Shown here: piece by piece, positions 14,425-24,529 of the stretch
Layout of the letters: every line of letters starts with the position of its first letter
Numbering within the stretch: position 1 is the stretch's first letter
NCBI GenBank assembly: GCA_964016885.1
Contig: OZ024741.1
Coordinates: forward strand, 180,978,001 to 181,042,000
Direction: 5' to 3'
Origin: Eledone cirrhosa
Taxonomy: Eukaryota
DNA length: 64,000 bases
Translations under genes and position numbers: made by a program
Notes under the pieces: model-generated
Database searches by the model: none
Seen by the model: only the letters and a program-made list of their open reading frames with translations
Told to the model about the DNA's origin: nothing

Positions 14425-15630
14425 TAAAATAATCAAAAAGACAGACTTTTTACCATTATTAAATTATAATTATCTTTCTCTATTCTTTCACACAATCAAC
14501 TTTACACATTCTCTCATACAACCTAACTTTTCAGATTTATTTCTTTTACAAACTCCCTCATACAACCTTTTCCTATTCATGCAATCCTCACCTAACTCTT
14601 CTCTGCACTCTCAACTCTTGCCCACGCCGGCATATCATACACTAGCACACCATTTCACCGGCTCTTGCCTACCTCTTCCAACACACATGCATCGTCCCTT
14701 CTATTTTCAATTAACAACAACTACCTTCATTCTATTTCAATTCAGCCGCAATCACTCTTACCTTTCACACTTCTCTTCCAACATACACCCAACCGTCTAT
14801 CGTGTATCTGAGTAATTAACCTCATAGAAACAACACTTAAATTTACCTCCTCTCACACATAACCTACATTATATGGAGAAAGATATCTGCCATTTTCACT
14901 CTTAGTATATCTTTCATCATACCACTGGCCAGCTAAATCATAACTTCCATCTTCCGACGGAGAAGACGCTCCTATCAGAAGAAATCATCAGGCTAGATCC
15001 AGAAACGATCTTATCTTATTTGTCGTCTAACCTTCGGTCTCACGCCAGTTGGATTTACCCGTATTATCTCTCTAGTCATTCTTTTCTTATACATTCTAAA
15101 CACACCTTCCTACTACCAGAGTGGTGATCTTCCGATTCAGAAAATTCGCTGCTCTACCTGTACCCACTCCCTCATCTCCAAGCTACACATCCAATCGACC
15201 AAGCTTATTCCAAACGCTTGTAAATCTACATTTACAAATCAATACAACAAACAATTTACTTCAGCGAACACACACAGACATATATTACTAGCAAATCACT
15301 TATATATGGAACTTGTGAGCATGTGATATCTCTAAAAGGTCGCATCTTGAACTCAATCAAACAATCTAGCCTATACTAATATGGAAAGAGGACGTGCAAT
15401 GATGATATGGATTTTTAGGCTTTTCTTAAGCACAGAGATTGTTTTAGTGTCACTTGCATTTAAAATTTAATTATCTTTATTATCCACTTCTCAGTAGTGA
15501 GAACTTGATAAATATTTATTACAACAGTTAAACCAACTTCATTAAAGTATTATGTTGCTGTAGGTGTGTGTATAACATGCAACTAGATAAACTCTGATAT
15601 AGTAGATAGATTCTTGTGAAATATCTATAT

Positions 15631-16486
15631 ACAAGTGCACCACCATGCATTTTGGGAGTAAAAACCCAGCGTCCACATACTCCCTCCACAGCACTAATAT
15701 CAAGAAGTCTTCTTGTGAACGTGACCTGGACATTGCGGTCAGCAGCGATTTGCGTTGGACGAAGCACGTCTCTAAAATTGTCAAGAGGGCCGAGGGTGTC
15801 TTAACATCACTCAGTAAGACCTTTGTCAGCCGCTCTCCTGCTATCTATTTAAGGCTGTACATGGCTATGGTGCGGCCACACTTAGAATTTGCATCACCAG
15901 TCTGGGACCCCTAGCTTGCTCAGAACATTGACCGCCTGGAAACTGTTCAGAGACGTGCAACCAAGCGAATACCCTCCATCAGGCATCTACCATACTCTGA
16001 GCGCCTTGCTTCCCTGGGCATGGATACATTGAAGCTCCGACGCCTGGCAACTGACTTGGTAAACACCGACAAAATTGTTAACCATCTTGCCAACAACAAC
16101 CCTGAGTAGCTTTTTGATTTCCATGTGTCTAACACACGTGGGCATGCCCACAAAGTCTGAAAACAGTACAGTTCCCATGACTTTCGGAAACATTTTTTCA
16201 CGCTCAGAGTTGCTGAAGCATGTAAAAAACTACCTGCATCGGTTGTTAGCTGTCGAGACACTGCATCCTTTAAGGCCTCCATGCTTCCCGAGATTCGCCA
16301 ACACTACACCTAATGTCGCCCCCTCCCTGCCTCATACACACATATATATCATGACTCATACACTATTCACTTCCCTGACATTTGTGTTTTATTCTATGTA
16401 CTATACATGCACCTTTGACGAGTTGTAGTGCACCTGAGCACTTTACACAATAATTTCATTATTATTATTATTATTCTTATTATTAT
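15631..16486 (+). mobile_element. CR1-type LINE 3' fragment (array copy)
   Basis: Repeat of 2261-3116. Confidence 0.9.
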
Positions 16487-16935
16487 ATAAATTAACCGTG
16501 AGAGACACTAAAGACACACACACAAATCTCAATTTGCGTTATTCATCGATCTGCTGGAAACAACGTTGATATTTGTCTCAACTAACAGCCTCTCTCCTGG
16601 AAGAAGGAAAAAAACGGTGATAAATACTTTTCTGCAAGTTTGTGTTAGTAGTTAATGCTAACACCAAATGTTGAATTATTTCCCTTGATTAATACAAGAT
16701 AGTAGATTTGAAGGCGTAAGTAAAGATAGTTTAGTTGTTAAATTGATAAAGTTTGTATAAAGAAGAATAACTTTGAAAGTAAAGAGTAGTGAATAAGTGT
16801 ATAAATAAAATAATTTGCAAGTTGTATTGTTTTTTGTATTGTGGAATTAAATTTTCAGTAGTTGCTGATGGTATAAAGTCAGTAGATCTTTTGTAAGTAT
16901 AATGTTATATGAAGAAAGTGATTATGGTGTCTAGC

Positions 16936-17098
16936 ATACTTACCTGGCACAGGGGTTAACCATGATCCGCTAGGTGGTTCTCCCAGAGTGAGGCTCTTCC
17001 ATTGCACTGCGGTTGGGTTGACCTTTGCGATCGCCCCAAATGTGGGCGACTCGGGTGCGCTATTTCTAAGTGTGGGGTCTGCGTTCGCGCTCACCCCG
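16936..17098 (+). ncRNA. RNU1: U1 snRNA (variant), copy 7
   Basis: Identical to copy 1 by eye. Confidence 0.95.
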
Positions 17099-18304
17099 TA
17101 AAATAATCAAAAAGACAGACTTTTTACCATTATTAAATTATAATTATCTTTCTCTATTCTTTCACACAATCAACTTTACACATTCTCTCATACAACCTAA
17201 CTTTTCAGATTTATTTCTTTTACAAACTCCCTCATACAACCTTTTCCTATTCATGCAATCCTCACCTAACTCTTCTCTGCACTCTCAACTCTTGCCCACG
17301 CCGGCATATCATACACTAGCACACCATTTCACCGGCTCTTGCCTACCTCTTCCAACACACATGCATCGTCCCTTCTATTTTCAATTAACAACAACTACCT
17401 TCATTCTATTTCAATTCAGCCGCAATCACTCTTACCTTTCACACTTCTCTTCCAACATACACCCAACCGTCTATCGTGTATCTGAGTAATTAACCTCATA
17501 GAAACAACACTTAAATTTACCTCCTCTCACACATAACCTACATTATATGGAGAAAGATATCTGCCATTTTCACTCTTAGTATATCTTTCATCATACCACT
17601 GGCCAGCTAAATCATAACTTCCATCTTCCGACGGAGAAGACGCTCCTATCAGAAGAAATCATCAGGCTAGATCCAGAAACGATCTTATCTTATTTGTCGT
17701 CTAACCTTCGGTCTCACGCCAGTTGGATTTACCCGTATTATCTCTCTAGTCATTCTTTTCTTATACATTCTAAACACACCTTCCTACTACCAGAGTGGTG
17801 ATCTTCCGATTCAGAAAATTCGCTGCTCTACCTGTACCCACTCCCTCATCTCCAAGCTACACATCCAATCGACCAAGCTTATTCCAAACGCTTGTAAATC
17901 TACATTTACAAATCAATACAACAAACAATTTACTTCAGCGAACACACACAGACATATATTACTAGCAAATCACTTATATATGGAACTTGTGAGCATGTGA
18001 TATCTCTAAAAGGTCGCATCTTGAACTCAATCAAACAATCTAGCCTATACTAATATGGAAAGAGGACGTGCAATGATGATATGGATTTTTAGGCTTTTCT
18101 TAAGCACAGAGATTGTTTTAGTGTCACTTGCATTTAAAATTTAATTATCTTTATTATCCACTTCTCAGTAGTGAGAACTTGATAAATATTTATTACAACA
18201 GTTAAACCAACTTCATTAAAGTATTATGTTGCTGTAGGTGTGTGTATAACATGCAACTAGATAAACTCTGATATAGTAGATAGATTCTTGTGAAATATCT
18301 ATAT

Positions 18305-18977
18305 ACAAGTGCACCACCATGCATTTTGGGAGTAAAAACCCAGCGTCCACATACTCCCTCCACAGCACTAATATCAAGAAGTCTTCTTGTGAACGTGACC
18401 TGGACATTGCGGTCAGCAGCGATTTGCGTTGGACGAAGCACGTCTCTAAAATTGTCAAGAGGGCCGAGGGTGTCTTAACATCACTCAGTAAGACCTTTGT
18501 CAGCCGCTCTCCTGCTATCTATTTAAGGCTGTACATGGCTATGGTGCGGCCACACTTAGAATTTGCATCACCAGTCTGGGACCCCTAGCTTGCTCAGAAC
18601 ATTGACCGCCTGGAAACTGTTCAGAGACGTGCAACCAAGCGAATACCCTCCATCAGGCATCTACCATACTCTGAGCGCCTTGCTTCCCTGGGCATGGATA
18701 CATTGAAGCTCCGACGCCTGGCAACTGACTTGGTAAACACCGACAAAATTGTTAACCATCTTGCCAACAACAACCCTGAGTAGCTTTTTGATTTCCATGT
18801 GTCTAACACACGTGGGCATGCCCACAAAGTCTGAAAACAGTACAGTTCCCATAACTTTCGGAAACATTTTTTCACGCTCAGAGTTGCTGAAGCATGTAAC
18901 AAACTACCTGCATCGGTTGTTAGCTGTCGAGACACTGCATCCTTTAAGGCCTCCATGCTTCCCGAGATTCGCCAACA
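18305..18977 (+). mobile_element. CR1-type LINE fragment of terminal unit, 3' end removed by deletion
   Basis: Matches array LINE to ..GATTCGCCAACA (18977), then jumps to sequence normally downstream of U1. Confidence 0.88.
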
Positions 18978-20074
18978 GATAAGGCATATCATACACTAAC
19001 ACACCATTTCACCGGCTCTTGCCTACCTTTTCCACCACACATGCATCGTCCCTCTATTTTCAATTAACAACAACTACCTTCATTCTATTTCAATTCAGCC
19101 GCAATCACTCTTACCTTTCACACTTCTCTTCCAACATACACCCAACCGTCTATCGTATATCTGAGTAATTAACCTCATAGAAACAACTTAAATTTACCTC
19201 CTTTCACACATAACCTACATTATATGGAGAAAGATATCTGCCATTTTCACTCTTACTATATCTTTCATCATACCACTGACCAGCTAAACCATAACTTCAA
19301 TGCTAAGTGCCTGTTAAATTCCTCTTCTGTTGATCCAAGCGAGCAGTTATGAGACACAAATAATTTATTTCACTGAAGGCACACACATATCAAATTTAAC
19401 CAATGCCGTTAGAGACTGACACCAAATGTGTCTGGAGTATATGAATGAATCGAAACAACAGTATTTTTTTTATCTTCTTTATCTTTTTTTTTAAATTTCA
19501 AGGTTTCTGATGAGGTCATAACTCTTACCACTGAAATATATATAATATCGATTATGAATATTCGAATTGAATTATAACCTGTTGAACTGTATTTCATGCT
19601 TCTAAATATACTCCGAAGTTAACAGACCTGGGTGTATACATACATATATAAACATGAGAAATCATTGTTGCTTCTGATAGACAAGGTGAGAAAGTTTTAC
19701 TTTTCTGTAGCACAATTCAGCCTTATAATATTTTACTCTCAATTGTATTGTGTGAAACCATTTGGCTGGTTTGAGAGCTGATGAGGGTGAAGATGTATGT
19801 GTGAACTTGTCTTGTACATCGCCTTTCTATATTTCCTTCTTCCAGTCACTTCCGTGCACCAATACACTACTCCTTGTCTCCCTCCTCTTTCAATCTTTTC
19901 TGTGTTTCATCTGCCTGTCACCCATCTCATGGATTGTCTCTCTGTCAACCATAGGCTTCTCGTCTCTGTCCTCTGCGGCATTTTTACCCATCGCTGTCTT
20001 TGACAACATTGGCTGTTTTAACTGCTGCTCTAGTGATGAGTTTTCTCATTTTTATATGTATTCATATATACATA

Positions 20075-20390
20075 TCATCATATTCATCTTTTAATGTCCT
20101 TTTTCCATGCTAGCATAGGTTAGACAGGTTGTCCCATAGGAGGCATGTTGGGTCAGGTGACCGTGTCTTGCTCATACAGAACTGTTTCTAGCTAGGTTTC
20201 TACAGCTGTATGCCCTTCCTAACACCAACCATATTTACAGTGTGGGCTGGGTGCTTTTTATAGTGATTCCTACATGACCACTTTACAGTGGGCTGGATGC
20301 TTTTTGTCGTGACACCCACATGGCCACTTTACAGTGTGAGCTGGATGCTTTTTTGTTGTGATACCAACACAACTTTACAGTGTAAGGACA
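20075..20390 (-). mobile_element. RTE-related 3' UTR / SINE-body fragment with (ATG)n-type tail
   Basis: TTTCCATGCTAGCAT..GCCCTTCCTAACACCAACC motif shared with copies at 21041, 30356, 37517, 47390, 48285. Confidence 0.65.
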
Positions 20391-21040
20391 GAAGTGGGTC
20401 AGTGGGTGTAGTGTGATAACAATTATCACACTACCTCCATCATAATTTTAATACACAAACATCTTTGCCTGCTTGATATGCTTGTAAACCTGTTATTTTA
20501 TGCGATACCTTTGCCATACAGTAATTATATATGCCTAGTACCATTGCTTGCTTCCTACCTAGCTGTCCTGTATATGCCTAACGCATTTGCACTCTCTATA
20601 CGCTTGCATATGTACAGCTAGTGTCCTCGTTTTACGAGTAACTTTCTACCTTAATGCCTCTTTAATTATTATACAATTCTCTTGTAATCTCTGTCACATC
20701 CATTTCACTCTGTAAATACGAAACTGTTGATGACAACATTAATATCCATGTATCTATATGATTGTTCAGTTGAATAGGAAATTAATTATATGTCCAAACT
20801 TTGCTAGTGCTCCGATGACTCCAAACGAAAGTTTGGAAGAAACGATTATCAGCAATAAAATGATTTGAACATAGCTTTGATTATTGTGTAATTTATATTC
20901 CTGCTCTGTAAAACATCTGATGTATTTACATTGAGCTATTTTTCTTACTGATAATAAGGTAGTGAGTTACTGACCTTCCTGTTTATAGTTGTATATATAA
21001 CTATAAATAATATTATTATTATTATATATATATATATATA

Positions 21041-21472
21041 TCATCATCATCATCCTCGTTTAACGTCCACTTTCCATGCTAGCATGGGTTAGACGGGAGT
21101 TGTCCCACTTGAGGCTAGGTTGGTCGGGTGACCATGTCTCGCTCATATAGGACTATCTGGCAGGTTTTCTACGGCTGGATGCCCTTCCTAACACCAACCA
21201 CATTTACAGTGTGGAACTGGGAACTTTTTACCGTGTTACCTACACGGCCACATTACAGCGTGGACTGTGTGTTTTTTTTCTCGTGACACCTACACGATCT
21301 CGATCTCATTTATCTCATTTATTTGAACTGGATGTTGTGGTACCAACTTTATAGAGAGGGAGTGGGAGGATAGGGTAGGGGTAGTGGATTGGGGTGTATA
21401 TTTGGTTACTGACTGTAGGTTTCGCTTTGTACATAGGCAAGGCGAGTCTTCTGTATTACTGCGTAGCGCCAA
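21041..21472 (-). mobile_element. 5'-truncated RTE-family copy (3' UTR only)
   Basis: Colinear with 30356-30772, which continues into RTE coding sequence; (CAT)n tail. Confidence 0.7.
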
Positions 21473-22234
21473 ATATATATACACACACGCACACATATAT
21501 ATATATATATCATCATCATCATTTTACATCCACTTTTCCCTGCTTGCATATATATATAGGATTGGCTTATACACTGTTTCTCTCTACCAAATTTCATGCA
21601 CAGAGCATTAATATTGCACCAGAAGAGGTACTGCAAAGCATCTGTCTGACTTTTTAAGAATTCCGCCAACCCACAACCTCTGGACTGGTCCTTTGTCTAT
21701 TGACTCTAAAAGGATGGAAGGCAAAGTTGACCTTGGGAGGATTGGAACTCAGAGCTGGAATAAATATCAAGGTATTTAATCTGTTGCTCTAACGACTGGT
21801 TTGTTCCACATATAGCACAGGTTAGGATAAATATTTCACATATAAGAGAAATATGGAATTTATAACCAAGACATGGTTAAACATGATGACTTAGAAAAAC
21901 CATACCAGCATGGAAAACAGATATAGAGGAAAGAGGAGGAGAAGGAGAATATAAGTTGAAAAACTCAAAACAAAACAGCACTCCACATATGTTTATTTGT
22001 TAAGAGACAACCATCTTCGTTCAGTCAGAAAAAAAACAACCCCCACCCCCCCAAAAAAACAACCATTTGGTCAGATAAGGGCAAGGAGGTGATCATGTTA
22101 ACAATGAACCAGTATGTCAGTGATATGAATAGATTTTTAACAAGATTGTTTTGTTTTAGTTGTTGCCTTCTTTTAAATATTAAGAAGCTGACAACTATTG
22201 TAGATTACAAATTTTAATATGCTCATATGTGACA

Positions 22235-22284
<50 letters not shown>

Positions 22285-22285
22285 T

Positions 22286-22325
<40 letters not shown>

Positions 22326-22653
22326 TTGTTTGAAGTATATATCATTATTATTAAATCAGTAGAGATGTACATGCAGCCTGAAAGAGTAAAGTATTACATA
22401 TATATAACTGGATATTTTAGCAAATGATGTTTTCTTTATACCACATTAACAAACTCTCGTCATAACTACAAATTTGCCAGATATGACAAGATGTGTTACT
22501 TTGTTGTTGTTGTTCTTAAATCAGTCCTGGTGTTTTTAGAAACCTTTGATAAAAAAAAGCTTCCACCATTGTAATCAGTCTTTCAAAATATACAAAACTC
22601 CACCATAAGTTTACATTCTTTTCATTTTTTTTTTCTATAAATAACACTATCTT

Positions 22654-22771
22654 CTATGACTTCTTATATTCTATCCTCTCCACTTTAACCTCGTCATTTA
22701 TCAGCTTATAGACATAAGCAACTACGGTTGACTGCTGGATATCCAAAATCACAAATGAAGGAATGACATTA
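22654..22771 (-). CDS. VPS29: VPS29 retromer subunit, exon 4 (last coding)
   Basis: tttgcAG acceptor; [41 protein letters not shown]; 118 nt, phase fits exon 3. Candidate AATAAA at 21992-21997 (-). Confidence 0.95.
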
Positions 22772-23747
22772 CTGCAAAGAAAGAAAAAGAAAACAAACAA
22801 TTATAAGATTATAAAGTTCAGAACAAATAGCAGATGAATATATAATATCCAAACAACACAACAATAAGCATTTTAAGGTCATTTTCCCTGCTAAAGCAGG
22901 CGTTAGCCTGGGAGGCCTCATACTCTTTCTGGCTCCTTCTTGAATCAGTCTTTTACAGCTGGACACCTTTCCTGATGACAGCTATTTACAACATACAGGG
23001 ATACAGTGTGCCTATTCTAAACTGGATGCACACAGCAATATATAATATCCATAATGGATTGGTGCCATGACAAAAATCTCCCAATACATACTGTAATGTG
23101 GTTAGCATTATGTTAGCCATAGAAAACCAAACCAAAATTGGATTGTATGAGTAAGATGTGGTCACCAGAGCTGTCTTACCTCACAACAGAAAAACTCACC
23201 TAACCCATGAAAGCATGGAAAATAGATGTTAAACAGTGATGTTGATAATGATATCTATATCAAATATAACAAGATGTGAATTTAATCTAGGCCAAATGCT
23301 AAATAAAAGTACATACGAGTAGGGTAGCCCCCCCCCCCCCCCCCCGTAACATGTCCTGGACCACAACAACCCATACATGCATAAAAAAAACATGTGTAAA
23401 ATGATGATGAAGAATTGTTTTTTTTAAATCCTTTTGGTTTTGTAAATTTGTAAGAATACAGACTTCCGTCAACTAAATCCTTGCAAGTAAAATTTGGGAA
23501 ACATAATGGTAGTGCTGGTACCACAGTAGAATGCACCTACTACACTCTGTAAAGTGGTAGTGCCATGATAAAATGCAGTCAATACAACTCTGTAAAGTGG
23601 TTGGACATTTGAAAATTTTAAAAGAAGTGAATTTTAAAAGAAGTGAATCTTAAAATAAGCAATCATTATATATAAAAATATTTATGTTTAATCAACAGCT
23701 GCGGAATTTAGTACATAAATTATGTAATATTCATTCATTATTTATTC

Positions 23748-23915
23748 AAAGGCGGTGGATTGGCAGTATCGTTAGAGGATTGGACGCGATGCTTTGCAGC
23801 AAAGAGTTACGGCCCTTTATGGTCCGAGTTCAAATCCCGCCGATGTTAACTTTCCTTCTTACGGTAATACACTGGGATAATTGCTGGCCTTGTGCCAAAA
23901 GTAGAAACAATTATT
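23748..23915 (+). mobile_element. tRNA-derived SINE (Meta-domain-like family), internally deleted
   Basis: A-box-like TGGCAGTATCGTTAG, B-box GAGTTCAAATCCC, tail TTGCTGGCCTTGTGCCAAAAGTAGAAACAAT shared with 30035, 34249, 46280. Confidence 0.65.
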
Positions 23916-23964
23916 TATTCAAAGTAATCCAACTTATTTTACTAACAGGATAAAAGAATATATT

Positions 23965-24457
23965 CAGGACAAGTCCCGCATTCCTCTCTGGAAAGGCCGG
24001 TTATATGATACCTGTGTGAGATGCGCGATGCTGCATGGTAGTGAGACATGGGCGGCAACTGCAGAGGATATGCGACGGCTGGAGAGAAATGAAACAAGCA
24101 TGCTCCGTTGCATGTGCAATGTCAATGTGCGTGAATGACCAAGCATAGATGAGTTGAGAGAGAAACTGTGTATAAGAGGGATAAGTTGTAGTGTGCAGGA
24201 GAGAAGACTGCGATGGTATGGACATGTGATGCGCATGTAGGATGTCCGCTGGGTAAAGAAGTGCCAAGAAATCACAGTAGAAGGAAGACACAGTAGAGGA
24301 AGACCACAAAAAAAATTGGGCAGAGGTGGTGAGAGCTGATCTCAGATCGCTGAAGCTCACAGAGATGACGAAGGACCATGAAAAGTGGAGAGATGTTGTG
24401 CTAAATAGGACCTATTCTACCCTTGCAAGCAGGGAAAAGCGGACATAAAATGATGAT
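23965..24457 (+). mobile_element. RTE LINE 3' fragment
   Basis: GRLYDTCVR..LHGSETWA..ERRLRWYGHVMR with stops; (ATG)n tail; near copy of 27580-28070. Confidence 0.85.
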
Positions 24458-24529
24458 TTAAACTGTGTGCATAAGATTTAGAATAGGTACATTGAATCCC
24501 GACATGTCACAAGAGTGACTGAAAAGATT

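Larger units (their letters stand above)
1..19298 (+). repeat. Tandem array of 2674-bp units (U1 snRNA gene + CR1-type LINE 3' fragment); 7 U1-bearing units plus a deleted terminal unit; continues left of the window
   Basis: All ORFs and sequence recur with an exact 2674-bp period (e.g. ORF starts 31, 2705, 5379 ... 18749); only a handful of SNPs seen between units; homology ends at ~19298. Confidence 0.98.

Noticed and set aside
31-18992. Short repeated ORFs in the array (117, 71, 139, 79, 80, 62, 111, 68 aa)
   Set aside because: Off-frame or antisense readings of the dead LINE, the U1 gene or low-complexity spacer; only the 89-aa ORF is in the RT frame and it is a stop-truncated relic.
23328-23345. 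Poly-C run and numerous (TA)n/(CA)n/(CAT)n tracts
   Set aside because: Ordinary simple repeats or retroelement tails.
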